A stretch of DNA of 35,088 nucleotides, taken from positions 1-35,088 of IMG/VR virus record IMGVR_UViG_3300010362_000057; one strand, written 5' to 3'. The stretch's first letter is position 1, and every line of letters starts with the position of its first letter. The notes below the pieces were generated by a model. It saw nothing but the letters and a program-made list of their open reading frames with translations, was not told where the DNA came from and ran no database searches. Below are positions 1 to 10,262 of the stretch, one piece after another. The stretch comes from a virus (Duplodnaviria > Caudoviricetes). Position numbers and translations under genes: made by a program.

Positions 1-82
1 GATGCTCGGGGTGCGGTGCGCAACCGGGCAAGAGGGCCGCGGCTGCGAATAGCAGGATCACGGCAAGGTTGAGTTTCATCAT
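1..82 (-). CDS. Putative lipoprotein, partial (runs off the window)
   Basis: My translation: MMKLNLAVILLFAAAALLPGCAPHPEH. Basic N-terminus, hydrophobic core and lipobox-like LPG|C; GGAGG RBS upstream. Not in the ORF track. Confidence 0.6.
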   Translation of the reverse strand, partial: MMKLNLAVILLFAAAALLPGCAPHPEH

Positions 83-95
83 CGGTAGTCCTCCC

Positions 96-209
96 TCATG
101 TATTCGCCGCAAGGCAAAGCACATAGCCAAGGGCGAGGCCGAATAGGGCGCCGACTAGCAGAGTAAGCCATAGCGTTAGCCATCGGTCGGGCCATCCGCC
201 GGCGATCAT
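96..209 (-). CDS. Small single-TM membrane protein (37 aa)
   Basis: MIAGGWPDRWLTLWLTLLVGALFGLALGYVLCLAANT; its ATG overlaps the TGA of the upstream ORF (ATGA, 206-209). Confidence 0.5.
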   Translation of the reverse strand: MIAGGWPDRWLTLWLTLLVGALFGLALGYVLCLAANT

Positions 210-379
210 GCCGGCGGTTCCTCGCCGGCGACGGCTTGCATGGCTTGCCATGCCTCGTTGACTGCGGCGGTGAAAACCTCGTCGCTGAGTGTGACGGGCG
301 CGGCCATGCGAACGTTCGGCAAGTTCGCCACGTTGTTCCATAGCTGCGCCATCTGAACGCATTGGTCGAACGTCAACAT
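206..379 (-). CDS. Hypothetical protein (57 aa) downstream of the tail fibre
   Basis: Starts MLTFDQCVQMAQLW with a GGAGG RBS inside the 3' end of the fibre gene; start trimmed from ORF 206..442. Confidence 0.6.
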   Translation of the reverse strand: MLTFDQCVQMAQLWNNVANLPNVRMAAPVTLSDEVFTAAVNEAWQAMQAVAGEEPPA

Positions 380-381
380 TG

Positions 382-2463
382 CTACCTCCAATAAACCTCC
401 AGGCTCGAACCGACGCTGAAAGTCCGGCCGGCTGTAGACCAAAGGAGTCTAAAGCCGTCGATGCTGTGGGCCGTCTTGTGCATGTGATTGCCGTAGTAGC
501 TCGCCTCCCATGCGGCGGCGCCGCTCGGATAGGCGAAGTCGCTAAACGCCGTCGGCCGCGTCCCGCCTTGGCGCGCGCCGTTGATGAGTAGTTTGCCGTC
601 GCACTTCGGCGCGCCGGTGAGGGCGACGTTCGTTACCGCGTTAAAGCTGAACGTCCAGTTGGCGGCGCCCGCGCTGATAATGCCGGATGATCCGCCGGCC
701 GTGTTCACAATGCCGGCCACCTGGGAGTAGTTCGTGGCGCCGGCGTCGAACGTCGCCATGCCGTCCACGGATATGCGGCCAAGCAAGTCGGTGCCGGTCC
801 CGCCGACGGGCTGACATTCCTTCCATTGAATGAAAACCTCGCGCGCGTTGGCGGGAATGAGCATCATGCTCACGTCTAGGGTCGGCTCGGTGCCTAGCGT
901 GGCGATGGCGCGGGTGGCCGGCGCCCATCCCTCGTTGACTGTGACCCATGCGCCGCCGCCCTTCCACAAAAGCCGTAGCTTGGTGCCGGGCCAAATCTTG
1001 CGCTGCGCCACGCCGTCGATGAGTTGGCCGCCGACGGCCGGATTGATCGTAACGTCGTGGCTCTCGGTCGCGCTGTTGTTCAGGATCGTGACGCGAAAGC
1101 CTTTGTCGGGGTCGGTGAGGTTCGGGAGTGTGACGGTGAGGTTGGCCGTACACTCAAGCGTTCCGTCGCGGTAGCTGCCGTCGAGTCCGGTGTCGATGGC
1201 CGTGGTTATGAATATCGGCGCGGCGACGCTGCCGTTGGCGGCGGCGGTCACATGGCCTCGGGCGTCCACGGTGATGTTGGCGTTGACGTAGCTCCCCGGC
1301 GCCACGGCGCTGTTGGCGTGGGTGATAGTGCGGTCGGCGCTGAGGTCGCCGCCGCCGGTCAAATTGGTGCCGGCGATGATCTGCCGCGTTGCCGGAACGG
1401 CGCCGATGGCGGCGATGAACGCGCCGGCGTTGGCGACGCTGGTTAGGAGTCCCTTCATGTAGGCGGTCGCGTCGCTGAGGTCGGCGGTGACAATCAAGTT
1501 CCACGCGAAAACGCCGGCCGCGGTCGCCTTCAAGAATTTGCCAACGTCGCCCGGCGCCGGCGCGGGGACGCCGCCGGCGGCGACGATGGCCGCGTTCATT
1601 TGGGCGAGGTTCACGGCGTCATTGGCGCTTACGCCGGTGCGAACGTTGGTGAGTAGCTTGTTCTGAGCATCCCACTTGTTCGTCGGGTCGGCGACGCTGG
1701 CGAGTAGCGCGGCGCGTAAGGTGTAGGCATTGCCGGCGACGTTGACGGTCGGGACCATGCCGGCGTTGCCGGCGCCGCCGGGAACCGGGATGGTCTGCGC
1801 GGCGGCCTGGGCGAGAATGGCCGCGGCCTGGGCGTCGGCGACGGCTTGGTTGAGCGTCGTGAAATCAACCGCCAAATCCCATTTGCTCGCGTCGAACGCG
1901 GCGCCCGAATTGTGGATCACAACGGCGACATAGATTCCCTCCTGCGGGCCAATCACGGTGTCGCCTAGGTTGTAGTCGGTGTTGGTTTTCCAGTCGCCTC
2001 GCCACTTCATGATGAGGCCAACAAGGTCGATGTCGATGAACGGCAAGAGGCCAAGAATGTAGGCGACGTTCGCGCTCGTCTCCTGGTCGATCATGGTAAG
2101 CCGGTCGAGTTCTTGATTGATCGTTGTGGCCGGCATTTTCGCGTCGTCCACAAGCGTTACCGGCTGAACAACCGCGGTCGATCTCTTGGCGCTGCCGGTG
2201 TAGCCGGTGGCCGGGGCAACGTTGAATCGGATGGTGGCGCCCGCCGGGTAGGGCGGAACGGCGCCGGGATTCGGAACGATCAATTGATAGTCTTGCGGGT
2301 TGAGGCCGTTGAGGACGGGCGGCGGCGCGACGTTGACGCCGCTCGCGTCCTGCAAAAGAACGATCACGTCGGCGGCGGCCATGAACGGGATGGCAAAGGG
2401 AAAGTCGCGGGTGACGCTATCGCCGATGATCTGAATGGCGATGTCGCTGGTGTAGACCGTCAT
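382..2463 (-). CDS. Tail fibre protein with T7 gp17-like N-terminal adaptor
   Basis: N-terminus (FPFAIPF...INQELDRLTMIDQE) resembles podovirus fibre adaptors. It also has a WRGDW..Y..GD.V motif, a YadA-stalk-like LTNVRTGVSANDAVNLAQM and a GSYVNANITVDARGHVT fibre repeat. AAGGAGG RBS; follows the ejection proteins. Confidence 0.85.
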   Translation of the reverse strand: MTVYTSDIAIQIIGDSVTRDFPFAIPFMAAADVIVLLQDASGVNVAPPPVLNGLNPQDYQLIVPNPGAVPPYPAGATIRFNVAPATGYTGSAKRSTAVVQPVTLVDDAKMPATTINQELDRLTMIDQETSANVAYILGLLPFIDIDLVGLIMKWRGDWKTNTDYNLGDTVIGPQEGIYVAVVIHNSGAAFDASKWDLAVDFTTLNQAVADAQAAAILAQAAAQTIPVPGGAGNAGMVPTVNVAGNAYTLRAALLASVADPTNKWDAQNKLLTNVRTGVSANDAVNLAQMNAAIVAAGGVPAPAPGDVGKFLKATAAGVFAWNLIVTADLSDATAYMKGLLTSVANAGAFIAAIGAVPATRQIIAGTNLTGGGDLSADRTITHANSAVAPGSYVNANITVDARGHVTAAANGSVAAPIFITTAIDTGLDGSYRDGTLECTANLTVTLPNLTDPDKGFRVTILNNSATESHDVTINPAVGGQLIDGVAQRKIWPGTKLRLLWKGGGAWVTVNEGWAPATRAIATLGTEPTLDVSMMLIPANAREVFIQWKECQPVGGTGTDLLGRISVDGMATFDAGATNYSQVAGIVNTAGGSSGIISAGAANWTFSFNAVTNVALTGAPKCDGKLLINGARQGGTRPTAFSDFAYPSGAAAWEASYYGNHMHKTAHSIDGFRLLWSTAGRTFSVGSSLEVYWR

Positions 2464-2492
2464 AGGCGGCCTCCTTGGAAAGCCTCTAGCGA

Positions 2493-2508
2493 TGTTTCAC
2501 GGGAAACA
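2493..2508. promoter_or_regulatory. parS-like site TGTTTCACGGGAAACA
   Basis: 15/16 match to the bacterial chromosomal parS palindrome TGTTTCACGTGAAACA; intergenic. Confidence 0.65.
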
Positions 2509-2542
2509 TTTCTCGCGTGACGCATGAGGAAATCGCCGCAAG

Positions 2543-2573
2543 AATTTGCCGGTGTGGCAAAAACCTGGGCAAG
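2543..2573 (-). promoter_or_regulatory. Putative promoter with operator TTTGCC-N5-GGCAAA (2545-2561) upstream of the tail fibre
   Basis: Minus strand reads CTTGCCC-AGGTT-TTTGCC-ACACC-GGCAAA-TT, the same geometry as the promoter/operator at 31948-31978. Confidence 0.6.
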
Positions 2574-2587
2574 CGAAAAAATGTCAC

Positions 2588-2891
2588 GCGCAAGATAGTT
2601 GCGCCGCCGGTGGCCGGCGACCGTGGGGACAGTCGCCGGCCGGGGCCGCTCGGGATGAGAACGGGCCGCCGCTCCGGGGAGGACTCGGCGGCGCGGCCGG
2701 AAGCGGGGGCAACCGGCCGCCCCTATCGTCGCCAAGGGTGAGGCCACAACCGGATGATCCGGCGCCCGGCCAGCGCAGTCGTTTGCCGGGCGGGCCTCGT
2801 TTGGGCGGCGATCTCCGCGGATGGCCTCGCCCTCTGCGTAGGGCGGGCCGTGGCGCGCGTTGCGCCCTCGGGTGCTGTGAACGGTCACAGC
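2588..2891. ncRNA. Candidate structured RNA (dense hairpin array), function unknown
   Basis: At least 8 back-to-back stems, e.g. 2612-2621/2632-2641, 2693-2700/2713-2720, 2763-2770/2785-2792 and 2874-2880/2885-2891. Confidence 0.4.
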
Positions 2892-5491
2892 GAACGGCCC
2901 TCGATTGTAGGCGCTCCTGCGGCCCTCGTCGCGCCTCGCTTGACGGGGACGTTCCGCGCCGCGCCGAATTGTCCAAAGCTGGCGCTATACTGTCCGGCCT
3001 TCTTGCTGCCGGTCGCCGCCGTCGGGTGTAGCCAAAACGTCTGTGCGTTCTGGTCGCGCGCGTTGCGCTCGAACCGCTCGCTCCAGCCGGGCGACATTGC
3101 CTCGTTCAAGTGCCACAAAACCAAGTAGTCGAGGGCGAGGCGCGTGTAGAACAAGTTGAGGAATGGCGCGTGGTTGACGCCGAACCTCACGGTGTTGACG
3201 CCGGCCTCGCGGAGTCGCTTGCCGAACGTGTCCTGATCCTGCGAGTTGAGGGCGCCTAGGATGCTCGCCATTTGGCTGATGGTGCCGGCGGTCGGGCCTA
3301 GCGATGTCTCCCAAAATCCGCCGCCGAAACGGTTGTATTGCCCGAAAAGAAAATCGCCGTAGATGCCGAGTCCGCCGCCTTGCTGCATGGCGGCCATCCA
3401 TGTCGAGGGCGCCAACGGGTCGCGCGGGTTGCGGCCCTTGGCGAGTTCCTTGGCGGTCATGGCGAGGTAGCCAAGGGCGGTCGTGCCGATGATTAGGTGG
3501 GCGACGCCGGCGCCGTCGATGCTCCCCTTGCGCATGAATTCGCGTTTGATGCTGCGCTGGTAGAACGTAATCGGGAACGTCTTGAATTGCATAATCATGC
3601 GCAACGCTTCGCCGCCCGGCGTCCCGGCCTGGGTGCCAAGCGTCGTCAAGGCTTTCTCGCGCGCGCCGCCGATGGTCATGCTCTCGTGTACGGTGTCGAT
3701 GTAGTAGGCGCGCAAGGCGCGCTCGGTCTCGGCGTTGCCGAGTCCCTCGGCGGTTATGAATTTCGTCCCGTCCTCGCCGGTCTTGAGTCCGCGGGTGCGG
3801 ATGATGTTCCATTCGTCCTCGCCGATGCCGAATCGGCCAAGCGAACGCTGTAGCTCGGGGCTGAGGTCGGCGAGGTAGCGGTCGGCATTGCGGCCAAGGT
3901 TGCGGGCGAGTAGTTGCCCGCCGCCGGTCGAAAGGCTGTCGGTCCAGTACATGAGCAAGTTCGCCCGATAGAATCGGTCGATGAGTTTGGTCATGACGCC
4001 GGACGGGGAATCGGTGGCGCTGAAATTGCCGTGCATGGCGCCTAGCATGCCGTCGATTCCGATGGCGAGGTTGTCGGCAAACTCGCGTCGCCATCCGTCG
4101 TCGCGGCCTCGCATGATGCTTTCGAGGCCGTTCATGAGTCCCTCGAAATAGCCGATGCCATGATGGCGAAAGGCGCTCGCGCGAACGGCGAGGTCGGTGA
4201 GTGAGGACAGGACAACGCCGCCAAGCTTGGCAAGCTGCTGCATGTTCCGAATCCCCTGCGCCCATGCCGATATGGTCGGGTCGGCCGGGCGGCTGAGGGT
4301 TCCGGTCACGGCGTCGAAACCGGCCTGGACTCGCCATCCCTGTAGCCGCTTGACGGTCTTGAAATCGCCGGCGTCGCGCGCGCGCCGGATAAGCTGCGCC
4401 TTGTCGGCGTTGAAAGCGGCCTCGGGGTTTGGTCCCCATCGGCGCATGAGGGCGGCGTTGCGGGCCGCGCTGTTGAGGCCGGCGTTGATGCCCTCCCATA
4501 GATTGCCGCGGCCGAACCGCTGGTTGTATTTGAACCATGCGCGGGCGTTTTTGAAATGTAGCTCGCGGCTCTGACTGATGCGCTTGGCGAGGTTGCCGGG
4601 GCCGGTGAATCCGCCTAGCCAATCGCCGGCGCCATGCGCGGTCGTGTGGTCGCCGCTGACAATGTTGCTCCATACGTTTTTGAGGAATCGGTTCCGGTCG
4701 TCGAGGGTATCGCCGGCGTCGTCGAATGTGCGCTCGTCGAGTAGCGGCAGGATGAAATCGCGCCACGCCTCGAAATCGGCCTTGCTCCCGCCGCGGCCGC
4801 CCATCCGCTGTAACGCGGTGTCGGCGGCGGCGTGGGCGATTTTGTAGCTGTCGTGTGATTGTTTCATGATCCAGCCGGCGAGTTTGGGAATCCACGCGCC
4901 GGCCTTGTTCTGCATGATGCGGCCGGCCTCGGTGTACTTGCCGATGATCTGCGCGGCCTGCTCGGCGAGGTCGTTGCCGCTGGCCTCGGCGGTCTTGTCG
5001 GTGATCCGCCAAAGCTCCATTGACAAGTCCTCGTTAAACTTGTCGTCGCCACGGCGAACGATCTCTAGCAGGCCGGCCTTGCGTAGCTCGCCGACGACTC
5101 CCATGAGTTCGCTGCGTAGGGCCTTGCCGTCGGAGTCAACCGATACGGCGGCGCCGAACGCCGGGCCTTCCTGTCCGACGTTGCCGCCGTTTAGAACCTT
5201 GTCCGTCCGGCCGCCGGCCGCGGCGTCGTACTCGCTGAATCGCTGCTGCTTGGTGCGAACGGCGAACATGCGATTGCGCTTGTCGAATATCGCCTGTACG
5301 CGCGCCTCAACCGCCAATTCCTCGGCGGCCTTCGCAAGCTGGTCGGTCGTCGAACGTAGCGCGGTGCGGGCGCGGCGCGCCTTGGCGCGGCGCTCCACGG
5401 CTCCCATGATGTCGGCGATTTGAACGTCGCTGAGGTCTTGCTTGCCGGCGGCGGCGCGGATGGCGGTAGCGCATTGTTTGAAGTTGCTCAC
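2885..5491 (-). CDS. Large internal virion (ejection) protein
   Basis: About 868 aa, last of the ejection cluster before the fibre, as in BPP-1/epsilon15-like podoviruses. GTG start at 5491 overlaps the upstream TGA (the ORF track starts at 5509). Confidence 0.75.
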   Translation of the reverse strand: MSNFKQCATAIRAAAGKQDLSDVQIADIMGAVERRAKARRARTALRSTTDQLAKAAEELAVEARVQAIFDKRNRMFAVRTKQQRFSEYDAAAGGRTDKVLNGGNVGQEGPAFGAAVSVDSDGKALRSELMGVVGELRKAGLLEIVRRGDDKFNEDLSMELWRITDKTAEASGNDLAEQAAQIIGKYTEAGRIMQNKAGAWIPKLAGWIMKQSHDSYKIAHAAADTALQRMGGRGGSKADFEAWRDFILPLLDERTFDDAGDTLDDRNRFLKNVWSNIVSGDHTTAHGAGDWLGGFTGPGNLAKRISQSRELHFKNARAWFKYNQRFGRGNLWEGINAGLNSAARNAALMRRWGPNPEAAFNADKAQLIRRARDAGDFKTVKRLQGWRVQAGFDAVTGTLSRPADPTISAWAQGIRNMQQLAKLGGVVLSSLTDLAVRASAFRHHGIGYFEGLMNGLESIMRGRDDGWRREFADNLAIGIDGMLGAMHGNFSATDSPSGVMTKLIDRFYRANLLMYWTDSLSTGGGQLLARNLGRNADRYLADLSPELQRSLGRFGIGEDEWNIIRTRGLKTGEDGTKFITAEGLGNAETERALRAYYIDTVHESMTIGGAREKALTTLGTQAGTPGGEALRMIMQFKTFPITFYQRSIKREFMRKGSIDGAGVAHLIIGTTALGYLAMTAKELAKGRNPRDPLAPSTWMAAMQQGGGLGIYGDFLFGQYNRFGGGFWETSLGPTAGTISQMASILGALNSQDQDTFGKRLREAGVNTVRFGVNHAPFLNLFYTRLALDYLVLWHLNEAMSPGWSERFERNARDQNAQTFWLHPTAATGSKKAGQYSASFGQFGAARNVPVKRGATRAAGAPTIEGRSL

Positions 5492-7260
5492 ATTGCCCCC
5501 ATGAGACAAACGGCGGCGGCCTCGTAGGCGCGCCCGATCTGCTCGGCCTCGGCGATCTCGTCGGCGACGGCCTCGGCCTCGGCCGGCGGCGCCTCGACTC
5601 CCGCGGCCCTCGCCATCTGCGTCTCGCGCTCAATGTCGGCCTCCATCGCCGCAACGTCGGCGTCGGTTGCCTTCTCGGTCGGGAGGTCGCGCGTCGGCGC
5701 GGTCGTCATTTCGATTTCCTGGGCGGCCACTCGGTCGTCGGGTTGAATCTCGCGGGCGCCGCCATACTCCCATCGCTGCTGTTCCCGGTTCGCCCGGTAT
5801 TGCATCATCTGGCGAACGTTCTCCTCGCGGTCGGCGCGCGCGACGCTCATCATGTCGTCGGCGATGCGGGCCTCGTGAACGCCAAGCGGCTCGCCGGCGA
5901 GTAGCTTGCGGGCAACGCGCGCAACGCTCTCCCTGGTGACTTTGATCCCGGCCTCGTTCATTTCCGTGAACCATTTCGGAAACGTCGAGGGGTTGAACGT
6001 GACTCCCGTCTGCTCGCCATAGCGGGCGAAGTCCGCGGCGCTCGCCTGCCAACGTCCCTCCCAATCAATTACCTTGGCGCCGGGCGTCGCCTGCTGAACC
6101 TCGCCGGCGACGTTCTCAAGCCATCGCCGGTCGCCCGGCTCAACCGGCGTATAGTTCTTGTAAAGGGCCTTCTCGCCTTTGCCGGTCGCTTCGCCAAGGT
6201 TGAACCTGGGCGCGGCCGGCGCGCGCTTCGGCTCGGGCGCGGCGCCGGTGCCAACGTCGCCGAAATAGTCGTCGGCCGCCGGCGGCTTGCCCTCGGTCAT
6301 GCCGCCGAAAAGCCGGTCGAATTCGTCGCCCGCGGCCTTGCTCGCGGGGTCAAGCTCGGGCAACGCGGTAGCAACGTCGCGCGGTGATCCCTCGATGATC
6401 TCGGCGACCTTGGCGCGCAAGGCGGCCTCTTGAACCTGGGGGCCGGCGTTCTCCACGGCGCGCGAAATGGGATTGCCTTCCTTGGCAAGCCGGCCGCCCT
6501 CGCGGCGGACAAGGGCGCCAAGGGTCATGTGCAGGCCGCCGCCTAGGGCGGTGCCGAACGCTACGTTAAGTAGCGAGTCCATGAGGCCATAGTCGGAATT
6601 GGTAAGCTGCTTGCCGGCGTAAACAATCGGCTCGGTCGCGGCGGCGCCGGCGGCGCCCTCGATGGCGCCGCGGGCAAAGCGGCCGGCGGCGGTCAATTCG
6701 CCGGTGCTGGTCGCCAGTAGTTTCCCGACGCGCCCTAGCTTGCCGGCCAGGATGGCAAGGCGGGCCTCGCCGACAACCGGAATGAACGCCGACGCGACGT
6801 TGACAGGATCAAGGAACGTGGTGGCGAGTCCGATGCCGAGTCGTCCCCATGCGAGGCCGGCGGTGTTCTCGGCCTTGCTGATGTTGTACTCCCGCAGAAT
6901 CTCCTCGCGCTTCCAACGGTTGCGTAGCATCGCCGTCTGAACGGTGATCTCGGGCGTTTTGAATTCCAGTTGGCCGGGGATGCCGAACCGACGGTTGGCC
7001 TCGTCCTTTGAAATCATCTGTCCGGTTTCGCGCATGCGCTCGCGCCAAGGGCCGAACCAATTGTAGTTGGGCGAGGTCGGGTCGAAAGCGGACTCGGGGT
7101 CGGTGCGCAAGATGCGCGTTAGGTAGTTCGCCGGGCCGCTAATCATGTCTTGGTCGAACGTGAGGCTAAGGGCCTCGCCGGTCGTCGTCGGGTAGGCGTC
7201 GAGTCCCTGCGCGGCGAGGCGCCGGTTCGTGACAATCGGCTCGGTTAGGATTCCGGTCAT
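5488..7260 (-). CDS. Internal virion (ejection) protein
   Basis: 590 aa; the Gly/Ala-rich segment ([18 protein letters not shown]...[14 protein letters not shown]...[10 protein letters not shown]) is typical of this class; overlaps both neighbours. Confidence 0.75.
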   Translation of the reverse strand: MTGILTEPIVTNRRLAAQGLDAYPTTTGEALSLTFDQDMISGPANYLTRILRTDPESAFDPTSPNYNWFGPWRERMRETGQMISKDEANRRFGIPGQLEFKTPEITVQTAMLRNRWKREEILREYNISKAENTAGLAWGRLGIGLATTFLDPVNVASAFIPVVGEARLAILAGKLGRVGKLLATSTGELTAAGRFARGAIEGAAGAAATEPIVYAGKQLTNSDYGLMDSLLNVAFGTALGGGLHMTLGALVRREGGRLAKEGNPISRAVENAGPQVQEAALRAKVAEIIEGSPRDVATALPELDPASKAAGDEFDRLFGGMTEGKPPAADDYFGDVGTGAAPEPKRAPAAPRFNLGEATGKGEKALYKNYTPVEPGDRRWLENVAGEVQQATPGAKVIDWEGRWQASAADFARYGEQTGVTFNPSTFPKWFTEMNEAGIKVTRESVARVARKLLAGEPLGVHEARIADDMMSVARADREENVRQMMQYRANREQQRWEYGGAREIQPDDRVAAQEIEMTTAPTRDLPTEKATDADVAAMEADIERETQMARAAGVEAPPAEAEAVADEIAEAEQIGRAYEAAAVCLMGAM

Positions 7261-10200
7261 GTGCCGGGCGCCGGTAGCGGCGCCTCGCCGCTCGCGCCCT
7301 CGGGCGGCGGCGCTTTGAGGAAATCTTGAATAACCTCTGGTAGCGGGCTGCCCTCGTACTTCTTCCGATGGGCGAGGTAGCGCGGGTCGTCGCCGCGCAC
7401 ATAGCCGACGCCGGGCAAGTAGTATTTGACGTTGGGGTTGATGCCGGTGGGAATCTCCCGCAACGGCTTCATGTCTTGGAATTTGAAACCAAGGAACCGC
7501 GGGCCGGTGCGTCCTAGCGGCGCCGGCGCAAGCTGAACGGGTTGGCCGATTCCGTCCAGCATGATCCAGCCATCATCGGTCGAATTCGTGACCCATGTTC
7601 CGTGTTTCAGGGTGTTCTCTAGGTAAGCCTGCTTGCGGTCCTCGGGCGTCGAACCGACGGGGCCGCCGCCAACGTCGGCCAGCATGTCGGGTGTGAGGAA
7701 AACCATCGAGTCGGCGGCGGCCTGCTTGGCGAGGTCGCCTTGCGTCTTAGGCGCGCGCGCGTTGTAGATCGTGTCTTGAATCACATAGTCGTATTTGTCG
7801 TCGAGTAGTTGCGCAACGGCGAGGTTGGCCGCGTCCTGCGGTGATCCCTTCATGCCATAGCGGTAGGCGATCAAGCGGGCGGCGTCGCGGTACTGCGCCA
7901 TGACGCGCGGGCCGTCGGGGGAATAGCTGAGGGTCGATGTGAAGTTGACTAGGGCGGCGTCAACGGCCTCGTCGATCTGCTGCGCGGCGGTGCCTACGGC
8001 CTTGCGCGCGTCCTCGGGCGCCGCAAGCTGCTGCGCTAGTATCTGGCGCGCCTGGGCGTTGTCGGTGGTGGCGAGGACGGAATAGGCCGGGGGGAGCTTC
8101 GCCTTCACAAGCTCGCCGTAAACCTGCGGCCAATAATCGCCGTACTGTCCGGCGAGGTCTTGCATGGTGTCGGCCAAGTCCTCGCCCTTCTTGCTGGTGA
8201 TCTGCTGAACAAGCTTGTCGGCGACGTTGAGCGGTAGGGCGCGTTGGTCCTCCTCGGCGACGCCGGCGTTGGCCTGGGTCTGTAGTGACAGGCTGATGGC
8301 GTTCTGTAGCTTCTGGTAGTTCTGCGGGTCGGCCGCGGCCGAGTCGTATGCCTGTTTCACGTTCGGCGAATAGGTGGCGGCGTAGGCGGCCGGGTCTTTG
8401 TCGCGCTGTTCCTTTAGCTGCCGGTCGGCCTCTTTCATGGCGTCGTACATTTGTTGTTGCCGGGCGTAGTCGGCCGGGCCGCTCGGCCGGTCGGCGTACT
8501 GCGTCGCCTGTGACTCGTGCAAGCTCTCGGCGTACTTGTCGGCGGCCTCTACGCTGTCGAATTTCCCTAGGTGCTTGCCGGTCTGGTGGTACTGCTCGAT
8601 TGCCTCCTTGTTGCTCATGATCCGGCCGTCGTCGCTCACGGTCGGAATCAAAACCTCTTTGCCGTTCTCCTCGATTGAAATGCTGCGCACGGTGCTAACC
8701 GTGCCGTCGGCGTTCTTCACAACGGGCCGATTGTTGAGGTCGATGTTCCCCTGGTCGGTCATGCCGGCGGGCTTGCTGCCGCTCACATAGGCCGGGGACT
8801 TGGCCTCGGGGCCGGCCGGCGTCCCGCCGGCGTAGCTCGGCGCCAACCGGGCAACGTACTTGCTGGTTTCGTCCGGCATGTTCGCCATGCCGTTGCGGTC
8901 AACGTTACCTTGTCCCCAATTGTAGCCGGCGAGGGCCTTTTCCCAATCGCCGCCGTACTTGTCCCGTAGCTCGCTCATCATCTTCGCCGCGGCCCAAATG
9001 CTCGCGGTCGGGTCGGTCGGGTCGATGCCGTACTGTGCCGCGGTGTCGGCCATGAATTGCGCGATGCCGGTGGCGCCGGCCTTGCTCTTGCGCTTGCCGC
9101 TCACAACGTCGGGGGAAAAGTTGTCGCTCTCGTGGCGTAGCTGCGCGCGGAAACCGTCAACCGGAAGATTGTAGGCTTTGGCCGCGGCTTGAATCGTGTC
9201 CTCGTATTCCGGTGGCGCCGCGTTCTTCGCCGGCGCCGGCGCCTCGGTCGTCGGCTTGAAACTCTCAACCGTCTGGTCGCGCTGCGTATCGCTCTGCAAG
9301 GCCATGCTGGTTGAGGCATTGTGCAGTCGAATCGCGTCGTCGAGGTCTCTGAGCATCTTGTCGGCCTGAACGGGGCCGAAACCGGCGGTGAGGCTTTGCC
9401 GGTTCACAAGGTTGAGTCGCTTGCCCTCGTTCGCCGCCGCCGACATTTCGCTCTTGTAAAGGTCTTGCTGCTGAACGGCGGTCTGCGCCTGCTGTTCCTT
9501 CTGCGCGCGCTCGGCCTCGGATAGCTTGCGGGCTACCTCGCTGTCCGCCATTTCGATTAAGCCTTGCCGGTTGGCCGGCGTGAGGCCGTCATAGTCGCCG
9601 CTCGCGAGTCGCTGCTTGGCGCCGGCCGGGTCTTTCACAATGTCTTGCCGGGCCGCTACCTCTGACACGTCGTTGCGGAATTTCGCGCTCGCCTTCTGGC
9701 CTTCCTCGGGCGTGATAAAGCCGCCGTCAACGGCGCCTTTGATGGCGGCGAGGCCGTTGTCAACGGCCTGCAAGCGGGCAACGGTGGTCGTCGAGGTCGC
9801 GGCCGAATTGGCGAACGTGGCGAGGTTGTCGTTGAGGTCGCCGACTCGTTTCGATGCCTCAAGCTGAAAGGCTTGTTGCTGCGTCGCCAGTCCGCGGTTG
9901 AGGGCCATTTCATCGAATTGCCCCTGAACGGCCTCCCTGATAACCGGGTCGGTGATCCCGTCGAGGGTGGTCTTGCGTAGGGTCGTGGCCTCCTCGTTGA
10001 ATCCCTTCCATGCGGCGTCACGGTCGGGCGTCTTGCTCCATTTGAATTCGAGGTCGCTGAGGGCCTTGGTGGCGCCGGCGATGTAGTTGGTGGCCTCGGC
10101 CTGCCTGCGCGCGCGCGCGTACTGCTGATTGTATTCCTCGAACGCGCCGCTCACTTGCTCGGCGCCGCGCGCTAGGGTTTCCCACGGTGCCGCGGCGACG

Positions 10201-10262
10201 CCGGGATTCAACCGCGGCGCGCTCGGCATGATGTCGTTGGTGAATTGCGGAATGGTCGGCAT
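7257..10262 (-). CDS. Internal virion protein with lytic transglycosylase (SLT) domain
   Basis: SLT motifs AQLRHES (catalytic Glu), GATGIAQFM and ALAGYNWG at about 9200-8850; helical remainder. Confidence 0.85.
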   Translation of the reverse strand: MPTIPQFTNDIMPSAPRLNPGVAAAPWETLARGAEQVSGAFEEYNQQYARARRQAEATNYIAGATKALSDLEFKWSKTPDRDAAWKGFNEEATTLRKTTLDGITDPVIREAVQGQFDEMALNRGLATQQQAFQLEASKRVGDLNDNLATFANSAATSTTTVARLQAVDNGLAAIKGAVDGGFITPEEGQKASAKFRNDVSEVAARQDIVKDPAGAKQRLASGDYDGLTPANRQGLIEMADSEVARKLSEAERAQKEQQAQTAVQQQDLYKSEMSAAANEGKRLNLVNRQSLTAGFGPVQADKMLRDLDDAIRLHNASTSMALQSDTQRDQTVESFKPTTEAPAPAKNAAPPEYEDTIQAAAKAYNLPVDGFRAQLRHESDNFSPDVVSGKRKSKAGATGIAQFMADTAAQYGIDPTDPTASIWAAAKMMSELRDKYGGDWEKALAGYNWGQGNVDRNGMANMPDETSKYVARLAPSYAGGTPAGPEAKSPAYVSGSKPAGMTDQGNIDLNNRPVVKNADGTVSTVRSISIEENGKEVLIPTVSDDGRIMSNKEAIEQYHQTGKHLGKFDSVEAADKYAESLHESQATQYADRPSGPADYARQQQMYDAMKEADRQLKEQRDKDPAAYAATYSPNVKQAYDSAAADPQNYQKLQNAISLSLQTQANAGVAEEDQRALPLNVADKLVQQITSKKGEDLADTMQDLAGQYGDYWPQVYGELVKAKLPPAYSVLATTDNAQARQILAQQLAAPEDARKAVGTAAQQIDEAVDAALVNFTSTLSYSPDGPRVMAQYRDAARLIAYRYGMKGSPQDAANLAVAQLLDDKYDYVIQDTIYNARAPKTQGDLAKQAAADSMVFLTPDMLADVGGGPVGSTPEDRKQAYLENTLKHGTWVTNSTDDGWIMLDGIGQPVQLAPAPLGRTGPRFLGFKFQDMKPLREIPTGINPNVKYYLPGVGYVRGDDPRYLAHRKKYEGSPLPEVIQDFLKAPPPEGASGEAPLPAPGT

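Noticed and set aside
382-2463. Diversity-generating retroelement as in BPP-1
   Set aside because: No reverse transcriptase ORF and no template/variable repeat pair seen in this window.
2985-5012. 675-aa alternative-frame ORF and many similar Arg/Pro-rich or antisense ORFs
   Set aside because: Shadow frames of high-GC genes; low-complexity translations with no RBS or motifs.
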